This document shows, in pieces, positions 26,167 through 40,599 of a DNA stretch of 64,000 nucleotides (the stretch's first letter is position 1; each line of letters opens with the position of its first letter). This stretch comes from Lingula anatina (taxonomy: Eukaryota; Animalia; Brachiopoda). The notes under the pieces were generated by a model that was not told the DNA's origin, searched no databases, and saw only the letters and a program-made list of their open reading frames with translations. The position numbers and the translations under genes are program-made. Location: the NCBI GenBank assembly GCA_051362555.1, contig CM120640.1, positions 49,144,788-49,208,787 of the forward strand, given 5' to 3'.

Positions 26167-28747
26167 TTTAGCTCCTCTAAAAATACATAATGATAATACT
26201 TGCAAATATGAGTTGACTGAAATCATTTAAATGGATCAAAATTTAACAAAACTCACAAAAAGAAGTATATGAGAAGAAAGGTCCAAATAATCAGATCCAA
26301 ATAATAATGTTTACCTTTTTAAATTTGTTATATTATATAACAATAGCAATAAGAGTGCTTAAAGGGATAATAACTTTGTATGATATCTATATTTCACAAT
26401 ATAAACATTGTGAACAACTCATAGAAATATAATATATATTCTGTTTTACCTCAAAAACGGCAGTTATAGCTATTATTCTGATATCTGTGCTTGTCTTCAG
26501 ATCACGTGACCCCCATTGATGGCTGTACTCAGTTATAATCTTTTAAGAGATTTTAACAAAAAAACAAACTTTTTAGAAAAAAAACAGGGACTAACTTTGA
26601 ATGTAAAAATGGATTTATTAACCATTGGCAAGTATGGGGAAATTGTTGTTTACTCCAGGAAAATTCATTTTTTGGCCAAAACGAAGAGTTATTATCCCTT
26701 TAAGGCTGATTAAATTCAGATTAAGGTATCAGCTCAGGTGAGACTCTCTCTACAGTTCTACATAAAAAATGGGAAAAAAAAATAAATCAAGCATTAAAAT
26801 GAAAGGGCATAAATTCAAGATAAGAATGTTTGTCAATTTGCAATGCAATAAGGTTCAGGATAAATAAGATAGCTCCCCATCCCTTATGTATAACAATATA
26901 TAACGTTATCTTTTAATAAATTAATTACTTCCTACCTCAGTTACGACCTTACATATTACACAGGTGAGGCCCCATTCCACCCAGAGTTACACATTCTTGA
27001 GGCTAGATATGATGACATTAACAAATGATGAGTGTTTGTGGTAGTAGTTTTTCGACTCTCTAAACAGATGGAAAAAAAAAAAATACAAACTTTATCAAAA
27101 TGGTGCATGTACAAAGTGCTGTGAACCATTCAAGATGACTTTCACTCCAATAAATAATTATACTGAATTTTAGTGTAACAATTTCCATTAACGAATTAAT
27201 TGTCTATGGGCACCGGCATGACTTCAGATCCAACTTAGTCTTTCACTTTAAGTGCTCAGAGAAGTATAACAGAACAATTTCACATCTTCAGTTTCAAATC
27301 TAAAGTGTCTTTATTATGTACAAAATGCAGACTTTATACTAATTATCTACAGGGAAACCATGCGTGCCAGTGGCTGCTACTTATTTACATACTTATTGTT
27401 GTGCAATATTTACTGACCAGTGATATGCATCTGTCTCAGGGGTACATACAGGCCTCTGCAGAGAATGATAATTATTTATGCAGAACAGACACAAATTAGA
27501 TAATATCATGCTCACTAAAAATGATTACACCAATGTGGAATTTGGTGCAGGATTCCACAAAAGGGGCATAAAATGTAAATAAAAATCCAAATGTACTAAA
27601 AGGTGCGGTCACGGACACGCAGTTTCACCAGGATGTGGTTTATTAGTCTTGAAAACTTGTAACAAAAGGTGGAAGTGGAATGAGGACTTACCTGCTATAA
27701 GTACCTAGCAAGGAACTTGTAACGTTTTGCCCGAAAACTGAGGCAATATTTCGTCCAGCTCAGTCGAAGTATTTTTGATGATTTTACTATAAGTTATCTC
27801 GATTGGCTTACTTAGAATCGAATCATCTGTGGTTTGTTAAATACGTTTTAACCCCGCCTAAACCTTCCAAACATACAAGGGGTGCTCTACTTAGCAAGCC
27901 TCATACAAAACCAGGGGTAATCCTAAGATTCAGGGGTAATCCTAGAGATGTAAGATTCTGTAAGATTCCATGGAAGCTGCCATATTGTATTTCTCAAAAC
28001 TATCACTGTGCGGAATAGATGTGATATTTTCAAAGATAAAAACATCATTTGTACATGGCAATTCATATTAGGAGTATTGCAGATGTATGTATTAGTAATA
28101 AAAATAACAACTCTTTATGAAGGCAATATTTGATCTTAACAAAGCAACAAAATGCTACACAATCTTTATTTTAGAGGCCATCATAGTTCACCAAGCGTAC
28201 AAAAGATGCCACTGCATATCAAGAGAAGCATAGTCGAAGTTTTTTAAATAGTGTTTTTATGAAATTAGTTTAAGATATTTAATAGGTTTCGATCGTTTTT
28301 ATAGTAAACTAGAATGGTTGTCTAAAACGTTATATATTTTTTTTGTTTGTTAATTTACCAATCAAGGTGACTGTTGAGCGTGGTTTAATTTAGGCCAATC
28401 AAAATAGAATAAAAAGATAATTTTTGCTAGTTTCTGGATGGTAACATTGATCTTTTAGAGAAAAGCAGAAAATGCATAATCTAAATTTTGTTTAGAACCT
28501 AACCCATGTTAAGACTAGTTTAATGAACCCTTGATTAAATGCATACTATGTAATAGGGGTAATAAATAGAATATAGAGATTTAAGTTAATAATTTTCCCT
28601 GAAAACCTGAGCAAATTTCCATTTTTACCAATGTATTTACCTCATCTAAGAAATGAAGTTGTGAATATCACAATCTAAAAAAAAGGAAAGTCTTTGGGCT
28701 ATGTTATTTTCTAAATTTAGGAGTAAAGTTTTCCAGGGTTTAGTTAC

Positions 28748-28748
28748 A

Positions 28749-28779
<31 letters not shown>

Positions 28780-28795
28780 AAAAAAAAAAAAAAAA
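28748..28795. repeat. Adjacent poly-C and poly-A tracts
   Basis: Direct reading. Confidence 0.9.
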
Positions 28796-31195
28796 TTACA
28801 GCTTGAAATTGGGTCCAAAATTTTAGTCTGACAATTTGTCCACTTCATATCAGGAAAATTCCAGTTATTCATGCAAAAAACTCAACATATTCCCCTGAAA
28901 CATTAAAGATGCATATAAAGTCAGATTTTGCCACAAAATCCCACCATATAGTTTCAAGTAGTATAATTTGGAGAAATATCAAAGGGCACGGTTTCATATT
29001 TCCTGAAAACTGATATATAAACAAATTTTATGCTTTATATCTGTGCTATAAATACTAGCATTAGTCACATTTGAAAAAGTATGCAACTGGGAGTGCAGTT
29101 ATACATCCAAACAGGTATCATACAACAGGTATCATATTCCATTTAATTGGGCTACTACAAATTTATATTGGGTCAAATACTTATATCTTGATCCAAGTTT
29201 AGACCAGCATTTGGGCTTTTAATAAACTCAGCCCTCATATTATGAATGTGGTCAATCATAAGGCAGAACTCAAAAACAGATTTATAGAATTTTAACACAA
29301 CCTTGGACATAATGACAAATTATGTCCAAGATGCAACATTGGTGCATTTAGGTGATTAAAGGAAAAACTTCCTGGAAAATTATTATTGTTTATCTATTTA
29401 TTTATTTATTGCTATTTTAAGGTCTTATGTTCATTGTGACTTCAAATAAGGAACAACAATTGTGATTATGGGTTTTTCATTTTTTTAATTTCTAAGATTT
29501 CTAAACATACACGTTATCATATATAGTATCAAAATTGCACATGACTAGGACAAGCAAAAAAAGAAAAAAAACCTTACACCAGCATTCCTACAAGCTAGTG
29601 TTTACACTATACAAGTAAGGCAGTGATGTAGCCGTGTTGTTTAGTAACAGAGACAAAACAACGTCTTTCTATGAATTTAAGTATCATCAGATAATAGAAC
29701 ATATCTACAATAGATATCAATGTAGAAATTTCCTTGAGCAAACTGCTGTTTTCTTCTCAGTTTCAGTTATAGTTAAATAGGATGCCTCAGCCATGCTATT
29801 TTGAACAAAGTGTTTAAAGTTAGTAAAAATTTTTTTTGCAAGTTTGTTTTTAAACCAGTTTCCAAAATGAATGAATCACACTTATGTTGTACTCCTGCTT
29901 GTATGAAATACAATTTTCTTGAATTCTTCACAAATCTAGTGGACAGACTAAAAAAGTATATTAAATATATACATCAATGAGCTGGTAATGACGCATTATT
30001 ATCACAAAACAAGAATCCTTTTCAGAGCATTCATTTAGCCAACTAAATCTACTATACTATAATAACTATACAATCAAATTTCAGCATCTACACAGACTAG
30101 AAGCCATACAATAAAATAACATAATACAAGGGTACTAAAATCTACTTCAGCTTTAATGCAGCTGTCATATACAATAAAACTTCCCTTCAAAAGGCAACAA
30201 TGAAAGAATTTTGCCAACTTTCAAGGGGCCCAAAGTTAGTACAGTATCTTTTCACATCACCTTTGAACAATCTAACAGGACGAGAAAAAATATTTTTGAC
30301 ATCAGAAAATATCAAAAGTACTTTGCCTCTCCCTTGGGTATTACATGAAGGCCACTGCTGGACCTCAAATCATACTCAAACTTTAAAAAAAATAATAACA
30401 TCTGGTTCAAAAACACCGAAGACTCAGATAAGTACACTTCTACACTTACATACAGGTTTTCTGCTAAAAAAATATGCTATACTTGACAGGAAAACAGAGC
30501 ACATAAAGTGTGGCATGAAGCATGATCAAGCACGTTTGACTTTATTAAAATATCACTTCCAAGTGGTATTTTAACTGACAATCTCATTTAAGCACTACTC
30601 AAAATCTATACAGCATCTCATTTGTGATTTAAAAAAAAAAAACAACAAGGTCGAAGGACACCACTCCTTGTGAACAATCATTTGACAAGGAATTCCCTTG
30701 CTTAACTGATATTGAATAGAGAAAGACACTTTGTAATGACTTAATTTTAACTCTGATTATATTGCCACTTTAAGGATCTTTCTAATCTAAAAGGAATGCA
30801 ACTTATCAAATGTAATTAAACAACATTAGTTACTGCCATGGTATACATGGGTAACTTAAGATCAGCATAGTTCAGTCACAATCAATGCCCTCCCATCCTT
30901 AATCCTCACGAAAAGTTGTCTCATTTTTATCAAGCATTAGAAAGCATGACTGTTAACAATGCTGTAGAATTTGAATTCCCTCTTTCTCAAGTCCTCTGGT
31001 TATTATTTCTCTTCTAAAATGCCATTAGATTGCCTGCCAAATTAGCAAAATATTGAGTACAGGGTCACTTGAATGACATGACGGATGCAGTTCTTTCTGA
31101 CACTTTTGTTCTCGTATTGTGATTCTAAATACCACTTTACAGTGCTCTGTTGAAGATAACAAACTCCCTGTTCTGTACCCTTGGATGGTAAATGT

Positions 31196-34100
31196 TTACA
31201 TGACTATGCATTCCTTCTCCTTCTGTCCACCCTGAAATTACCAAATTAACAAAGAGAATTAAATGTTTTACTGGATAAACCACAAGAACTAATTTAGTGC
31301 TAAATATGACATTATATCATGCTTGGAGTACAAAAAGCCTGAAACATTGCAAAAGCTGAATAAAAGCTGAAGTGTCAGTTCTGCCTCTGGCAAAAATGGA
31401 TATGCAGACTATCACCAAATGTGTGTTACATACAAGCATGTAATGAATAATAAAATACTTTTAAAAAAGGAAAACATTTAATATGAATGCACACAATCAA
31501 AATTACCCTATTCCTTATATAAACTACTATGACACACAATGCACTTTTATTCCCAAACAGTTTGTCACTAGTCCACTTTTAGTTCTTCAAAATATATGAT
31601 GATGCATTTCCATCAAATGTTACAGATATGGGTTAAACTGTTAACATGTTTTACCACACTAAATTTCTAAATAAATCAAGGGCAAGGCCATTTGATGATC
31701 ATTCATAATTAGCATTTTTTGATCGTGAATGTATGACACCTTTACCATGTTCTGATTACAACAGAAAAGCACCACTTGGCTGTAAATCCACTAGCATGCC
31801 AACAGATTACAATTTCACGATTTTAAACTACACAATAATTCAAAATACATTTCATTCATAGAAACTTACTTATTTATCTGCCAAAAATACATTTAATAAA
31901 ATTAATGAAATATACAGGAGGGGTTTTGTACAGTGGTATCTGCATTAGGGACTGGTGATAGATATCTCCTTTATGATGCCTTGCATGTATAGGCACAGTG
32001 TCATAAGAAGCATCTCTTCAAGGAAAATCAATCCATGCACCAAAACAAATACCTTTCCACAGCCTGCAGGGAGGGTAGGGAAACTCAAATAATATAAATA
32101 CATTAATAGCAACTGCCACTGAAAACTGAAAGCATATATATATATAACTAAATTAAGATCACACTTATACTTTGAGGTATCCCAGCTTGACTCCACCACA
32201 AGGAAAGACCTAATAGGGAAAAAGGTGACCCTTTAATAGTGGAAAACACCTTCACTAATTTTTAGATTTTGTCATTTGTTCTTTTAACCATGATCATCAT
32301 CAAATGGTCTTACCTGTCACCAATAAAAACAACAGACACGCATAAATAGCCCTTAAAATCTGTTTGCCTAATAAAATTGTGAATGCTTAAAAAACGGACA
32401 AAAGCCCATTTAATTATTCTCATTACATAATCTTTCATACATACATGATTGACCTGGAAGCATAATTAAACAAGAAACACTCAACATACAAACAAAAGTG
32501 TTAACCACCCACCTCAACTCCGCTATCACCTGCAATACGGCGGCCCTTGTACTCTCTGGTGGTGTGTACAACAGATTTCTTCATTTCTCTCCATGCCATT
32601 TCCTACGTACAAAAAAAAAACTGCTGTAATAAATTTAAGCTGATGTTACATGACAAGTAAACAGTACTTCCATTTTCATAAACCATTCCCTATCTTATGA
32701 ATGTTATTAAAGCATAAGTAACAATCTTGTTTTACAAAAACACTCCTGCCTCAGAACAGCCCAAATGATCAAAAATACATCAACTTCAAGAAAACAGAAG
32801 AATTTTTCAAAATAACTAATCAGGACAGGTTTCACATATTAGTATTAATTTTTGTATAATTGATTAAATAAGGATAGGATCAATGATATACTTGATCACC
32901 ATGTGCAGTTAGTTTAGCTGGAAATCAAAGTTAGGGTTGAAGGGGTAATAACAACATATATAGTGATTAATATTTAAAACAAGTAAAATTGGTAACACAA
33001 AACTTCAATATCTGTTAGTCTGAAACTGGAATCTGCAATACTCACAGTATCTGGAATCACTTGCAATATCTAAACACACAGTAAGGCACACACTCAGACA
33101 ACTTCCATCTTTTCAAGCACAGATATTATTTCCACACAGCATTAACAGGGCTAGCATTTAAGTACACATCTAAGCAAAAATCTAATCGCCAATATTGTAG
33201 AATCTATCTGTCTGATGAACACATTCTTTTCTCAAAGGATACTGATAAACCCATGTTATTCCATCAATGAGAGTGCAATTAGTGTAATAAATACTAAAGG
33301 TTTTAATTCAATGCACTTTTCTTTACCTCTCCCTGTGGATTCAAGAGAGCAGTTCTCATGTTGTCTGCAATGAACCACCTCTGGCTCTTCATTTTCAAAT
33401 CATCCGGAGGGTGGTGTGTTACCTCATCATTGTCAGCACTCCAGACCTAAAAATAAATAAATAAATAAATAAATATATATATATATAAAGAGAAATCAAA
33501 TATACTGCAAAAGCTATATGAACATCTCAAAGGAAGGCAAATCAAGAGAACTCTTGGTTCCTTCTTGTTGATGTATCTCTGCTGAATCTAACTGGGCGCA
33601 ACGTTAAATATAGTGCCAAAGTACTGGTGACTCAATGAAATCCTTTAAAAATACTGACTGTTTTCTTTATTGTTTTAGTTATCCACATTTTATCTACAAA
33701 AGTAAGAAAAAATATTCTAAATAGTTGATGCTGAAATCTTACAGTAGTAGTTGCTCCAACTTTGAGATTCAAAGAACGATGGAATTTGTGAGTGGTTTCC
33801 TGATCTCCTGCCACATGTTTCAACTGCCAGCCTCCAAGGTGGACATCCTAAAATATCAGAAAATTATAATCTTATTTCACTGAAAAAAGTAATAAAATAT
33901 TATAACAACATACAAAATTCTTATTTCATATACTCAGCCTGTTACACTGACTTTATAACTGAATAGAAACACACTAGTTTTAAGAATTTGTATAAATTGG
34001 ACATAAGGAAGAAACACTGTATGTATAGAAATACATATCTTTTCTAAAATATATATTTTTATAAAAACAACCTCAAACATTCACCTTCTCTGTTGGGTTG

Positions 34101-37100
34101 GTGATTTTGATGAATTTTCCTTCTTGATCAACTTCACTTATCTCTATCCCTCCCTTGGCAGATGACTGGGATGCAAAGCCACTACTGGAACTGGACTGGG
34201 AGAACTGAGTGTACTCGGACTCGTCTGTATCACGCTTTCTTTTACGGGCAACTGCACGTCTTGGAGTCTCTTCTTGTGATGACATGGAAATGTTTAGCCT
34301 AGAATAAAAAACAAATCGGAACTTGCACAGCATTTTATGAGTTTTGTCAATATTTTTGGTATCATCAACAGTGCCACTGCTCTATATAAATATCAGATTT
34401 TGATTTTTGCGAGTAATGACACCGAAAAAAACCCCAGAATATACTTGTACATTGAACACAGACACAAACATAAAGGTAAGTAGACATGCCAAAATAAATT
34501 AGACTTAACTTTCAATCTTGTCAGAGCAAATAAATTCATATTTTCCATTAGAAATGGCACACACCTCTCTTCCTCTCCTTCCAAGAGTTTCCTGTAAGCA
34601 GCTATCTCTAGATCCAGGGCAATCTTGATATTCATGAGTTCCCCGTACTCCTGCATCTGCTCTTCCATCTGGATACGTAACTGAGCAATCTCTTTCTCAC
34701 GAGCACTCAAGGCAATGGAGAAGTCCTCCTGCTCCTTGGCCAATTGTGCCTCCAGTTCCTTGATGCGAGCCTCTAGGATGGTGTTCTGGGAAGTGGAAAA
34801 TAACACAATTTTGGGGATTCTAGCAAATTAAAAATACTTAAAACATGTAAGTACAACTATGTCTTGGTCAAAACTAAATGAGACAGTAAATATTAATGAC
34901 AAATTGTATTAAGTCACTTTGGGCGCTTACATCAATCACCGAGTTGCATTTATGTATTTCACAAACATTGACAAAGCAAACTTCTGTTATCATTACTTGT
35001 TAAATTTACCACATATAAATCACAAAAGACTTAAACAATATACCTGGTTTTGAAGCCTGGACAGTTGTGCTGACATCTCATCTACCTTCTTCCTATAGGT
35101 CCTCATCTCCTCACGTGCAGCAGATGCCAGGTTGTCATTGCGCTCTGCCAACACACGCAAATCATTCAGCTGAAACATAGCAAGACTACAGGTAGATGTT
35201 TCACTTAAAATACAGAAACATTGGAATATCTTACATACTTAGAAATCACATAAAATAGAAGGGATACATAGCTGATAACGTGCTGTTAACATTACATAAT
35301 GTTTTTTTTGGTCAATACTTTCTGACTCTCAGAAAATGGAGAAAAAAAAGAGGGGGGGGGGTACTTTACCTTGGTTTCATACATGGTCTCAATCTCTTCT
35401 TGGTGCATTCTGGTATAGACTTCTTGTTGTTCACGGAATTCACGTAGGGCGTCTGCAAGCTTGTTCTCATACTCTTGCTGGACACGCCCGTCAATCTCCT
35501 CAAGATGCATCTCTGAACGTGATCTGGTTTCATTGAGCTCCTGTGGTAACAAGCAAAATTTCATTTATCCACTTTTCAAAATTCATTTCATTTGGAGATG
35601 ACATTCAACTCAAGAATCTGCTACCAACTTTTTAAAAATATCCCTTTGCCTTGGTAACGATAAAAATTAGAAAGCAAATCTCCTTATTTCCAAAAACAAC
35701 TACAATTGAAAAACCAGCAAAAAAAGTTGACTTCACTTTACCTGTGTGTGTATCTGAGCATTGAAAGCAAGTTCTTCTTTGAGACTCTGCACCCTGTTTT
35801 CTAGATCAACCCGCAGGAGGGTCTCTTCTTCCAGCTGTTTCTTGGCTTGAGCCAACTGGCGCTCCAAGTTGGAAATTTCACCTTTCAGACCCTGATGTTA
35901 AAAACAAAAAGCCAGGTTAATTAAAAATGGATAAATAGAAACAATTCAGCTATGACGTAAGCATTTGCTCATGTTTTATTTGTTCAACTTGCTTTACAAA
36001 TATACTGAAATGAATTGATAAGGACAACTAGAAAATACCAAGCATACAAAAGTGGCATTAATTAGTTTGAAAACATTTTTGTGCCCATTCTACTTACAGC
36101 CCTCTCTCCTTCAGCAGCCTTTGCTCGGGCCTGTGCATCTGCTGCCAGAGATTCCAATTCCTTCAACTTTGCCTCCAAGTCTGCAAGCTTCTTATTGGCA
36201 GCAGCAAGTTCCCGCTCTTTCTTGGTGCATCTGAATTGAAAAACAGAAGCATGATGCCACTGCTGGGAAATACTTTCAGGAAAAACAGTATTATGCTTGA
36301 AAGGAATTGCAAAGAAAACATATTTGAGCGGAAAGCAGAAAACAGCATTGATTAACTCCCGTCCAATCAACTGCTTGCATGGAGTGCACCCATCATCATG
36401 ACTAACAGTTAGCTTTTCACCGTGTCATCTTTTCAGTTGTAATCTCAACATGCGGAAGGCAGTTCTCTGCTTCTAAGTCATTCTTTTGTTACTTTAACAG
36501 AGATTTTAATATGACCTGTAACCATGACAACAGGTACATGTTTGATTTATATATCATTAGAAATAAAGCCCACACTTTGCAGGAATTTCCCTCTTTATGT
36601 CTAACAGATGTATGTGTTTGCCCTCTGCCTATACATCAGCATGGGGCTGCTCACTGATGAATTTCTTTGTGAAAAATAGCAATACATCTATGCAAAAAGA
36701 ACAAACAAAAGTGATATATGATAAAAAACTTTTTTAAAAGTGACTTGAGATGAGCCATCTTAATATACTGTTTTAATTTTTTGATGGAAAGAAAGTTTTT
36801 TTATGTTAGATTAAATATTTATACATTCAAAACTACTAATATTAAAGTAAAAAAAAAGGTCAAATATATTTTTCTTCCTTTAGCAAACATTTATCTTTAA
36901 TATGTGTCAGTTGCATGTTTCATCATTATGAAGCCTGCCTGAATTTTGAGCAAAGTATTACCACATGCATTGTAAACTGACTGTAAAAACAGGGCATGGC
37001 TCAGCAAACAAAAATTTTGACTTTTGATAGTTTAATAAAAATTGGAACAAAATGGAATGTAGCTGCTACCATTGACAGACATACAAACTTTAGGTAGTTA

Positions 37101-40100
37101 GAAAGAGTTCACTATCCACCAGAACTGATGATTACAATAAAACAAAATTGGCCTGGTATAAAAGTATTTTGGAATTATAGCAAAGGGTCCTTGTTTAATG
37201 GGCACAACATAGACCACTGTTTTAGACTACACTGTGTTTAGTTAGTGTATTGTGGTTAACTCATACTGAAAGGTTAAATGACACCTGACCAGGAATACTC
37301 CACCTAGCAACATATTAGTAACTAGGGCAAATAAGATGCCCTTGTGCTACCCTCTACTAGGGTCAAAGAGTTTTCTTCACTTGATATTCTCAGATATTTC
37401 TCGGACTATTCAGTAGCTGTGGACATTTCTGTCCAGTAAGAACTTTTTACACAACATTCATTACTAGTACATTGACGTCATCACTCAGCTTGCCTCTGGT
37501 TCCCTCACACAGCTGACAGATTTAAAAAGAAAAAGGGAAAAAAGAGAATGAAATGAGGTCATATATGAAAATATTTACCTCTTAGGCATTGTGACATGTT
37601 ATGGAACAAAAGCCAATAAAAAAGTATGCGGGGCAAATGACACAACACAGAATCCTGTTTTGGGGAATGATCTTAATCCAATTGTTCTCCTTTGTTTGAA
37701 TATAATTTAAGTAAGGTATGCTAGACAACTAAATTTTTTATACTCAAACATGTCTCAATGTCCCTTTAGCACCAAACCTGGTATTAAGCTGTTGGGACAG
37801 GGTGTGGTTTTTCATGACCTTTACAGGCACTCTTTATATTTCAATACTTGCCTACTTCATAAATAGATCGTTTTACTACTCTGAATTGCTCAGTGAGCCA
37901 TTTAAGCTTTTTCAATGGGAAAGCAAATAAAGTCACCACTGGAGCAAGCAAGGATGACAAGCTTCACGACCCACAAGGACCTCTTACATACAGCTATCAT
38001 GTAATACCTACTTCAAAATTTATTACTCTTATATCCACTATTTCAGAGTTCTTAAGATAAAGCACTTTTAGGAGCAAGTAAACCCCAGCATAGAAAGAGT
38101 CACATTTATATGGAGGGGTAAGAATTTAAATTCCTGATACGCATGTCAACTACATTTTTGTACTATCATAACTGTCTAATGGGATACCAGGACAAAGAAG
38201 GTCATGTGCAAATAGCTTTATCTTTTTTTATCAAATTAAGTTGGGACATGCATTGTAAACCAAGACCTCACATAAATACTCCTTGGTCAAAAAAAAATAA
38301 ATAAATAAAATAAATAAAAAAGAAATAAATAAAAAAGAAACTTTTTTCTAAGCAAATTAAATAACTAAATGTATGTCATACAGGATTTTTTCTTTTTTTT
38401 ATTTCACATGACACTTAATTTGTGTTGGGAAATAAATACAAAACTTTTACAGGAGAGGTAAACATATCATAAATACAGAGAAACAATAAAAATGGAATGA
38501 TATGGTAATTTCACATAACTTTCACTGAAATTCATTTGGAACTACATACAATATAATAGCATAACATTTATATTTAAATATGGAATATGCCTGGTCAGCA
38601 AGTATCAACAAAACTATAAAGCCTCAGTGAATGTGGAACTAAGATGAATACTTGGTTTATTTTCATTACTGTTATGATGATTAAGTCAACACTGGTGCAT
38701 AAACTAACAGGAGTTAACAAAACCCACAAAGTCGCAGAGAACAATACAACCTTGTGATATCAAAACTCACTTCTTTGGGTAATATGTAGAGCAGTACACG
38801 TTCAGAAGCCCCGGTAATCAATTTACTATAAATTCACTGCCTTGGCAGGTGCTATGATGAACAAAGGCCAAGGGAAACAATTAAGATCAATGCAAATTAA
38901 CCACAATGCTACACTGTACAGTCTATCATGCAGCATGTACCGTGCTTGTGAAAGAGATATTTTTGTTATTCTAAACAATTTAACTGAATATTACTATTTT
39001 TAAAAATAAAAGATACATTATGACCATATTTGTTAGTTTCAAAAAAGAAAAAAAAATATGTATGTATATAAATAAATAAATATTTTACAGAATACAATAT
39101 AACAATCTAACTGGAGACATAATTAATTCTAATAGTCTTATCTTGCCATTGTATGTTTCCTGTTGATGCACTTTTAATACCAGAATAATTGAGGAGGGAA
39201 TGCGTGAACACTGAGCAGGAACTTCAACTATAATACTAATACACTCTGAAAACACATTAAAAGTATTTTCTTTCAAACTCTTCATGTAATAAAAAAGGCC
39301 ATTCTTGGATGAAAAATGTTCCTTCCCAAAATTGCTAAAAGTATCATTTACTGTGGGCTTGTGGTTGTACTGATGCCTCTTTCAGCTCATTAAATTTGTT
39401 ACCCAGTGTTACTGCTGGACATAAAGTAGCGTGGGGGAGGGGCTTATATGCAGCACGCTCTACTTGGCACATCTATTTCTTTAAAAGTTCTAACACAAGC
39501 AATATCTGTTCTATCATAAAAATAGTTTTATGCAAACCTGCTTTGTAGACAATATCACCTAACAAGTAGGACGTATAAGATATTTAAACGTGGGTTGATA
39601 TGATGGATTACTTGCGTGGGCTTACTGGAATGAGTCACAGCTTAGGGCGACAAACGTGCAGCAGTAGCCTACTACCAGTACTGTAGCTTGCGTTTAATTA
39701 AATGCATGCTTTCTTTAAATCATATGCAGAAAAGTAATGGAGCTAACTGGCAACCTTGAGGTAATTATCACATGCTGTGAAACCTTTTAGATAGTGTCTA
39801 ATGGAGACAATGGGTGAATTATCTATTCAAATCTTAGTTGATAAAGAAGATGGGGTAAAATGCATATGCACTTCGAGTTGAAGGTTTTATTATTTTTCCA
39901 ATAAAAAAACAAACTGTGGCTACAGCCTTTAAGGAGTTTAGCAGTGCATTAAATCAGATTTTGGCAACAATGTTGCAGTCATTATCAATATGTTGCAAAC
40001 CAATTAATTCTTATTAATGTAACCTAATCCATACATCACCAAAACTGTGACGTACCGACCATTTCCCACATTGAAAATATACAAATAAATAACCAACACG

Positions 40101-40534
40101 GAAGACAAAACAACTGAAACTTACTTGACCATCCATTCCTCTGCTTCAGCTTTATACTTCCCGACATCAATCTGTAGCTTGGCCTTCTCCTTGCTGGTTT
40201 CATCTAAAAGCTTGCGTGCATCTCGAAGCTCACTCTCGTACAATGCCTTTATATTGGTCACTTCACGATGGGTAGTTTCCTCGAACGATCGCACCTGGAC
40301 CATCAACCGACTATTCTCTGATTCCAAGGATCTTACTTTGTCGATGTAATTTGCTAACCGGTCGTTGAGGTGGACCAGCTCTTCTTTCTCCTGCAGCCGA
40401 CTTATCCGTGCCGGCGACGGAGGGCGACCCGAGGGAGAGCGTACTTGCGCCGCTGGAGTGGACGTAGCGCTCCCTGTCGACTCCCTAGAAGTCGTAGTGG
40501 TAGTCACGGTCTTCTTTACCGATCGCGTAGACAT
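31196..40534 (-). CDS. Nuclear lamin (B-type-like, CaaX = CIVM)
   Basis: Exons 40534-40125, 36230-36098, 35891-35742, 35540-35370, 35169-35044, 34785-34565, 34298-34085, 33847-33743, 33446-33327, 32602-32513, 31231-31196. Motifs [61 protein letters not shown], Ig-fold tail ([13 protein letters not shown]) and terminal KECIVM*. Confidence 0.96.
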
Positions 40535-40599
40535 CGCGAGTTATGCACTGTACCTTAGAGGTAGATTAATCTTTAAATGGACTGTGAGCAAACAAAACA

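Noticed and set aside
27905-27970. CAGGGGTAATCCTA x2 and TGTAAGATTC x2 upstream of PDCD7
   Set aside because: Short local duplications; a regulatory role cannot be supported from sequence alone.
30200-30574. 124-aa ORF and many other 60-140-aa ORFs in the supplied track
   Set aside because: They are antisense or intronic/UTR ORFs with AT-driven composition and no family motifs; real coding parts are explained by the spliced genes.
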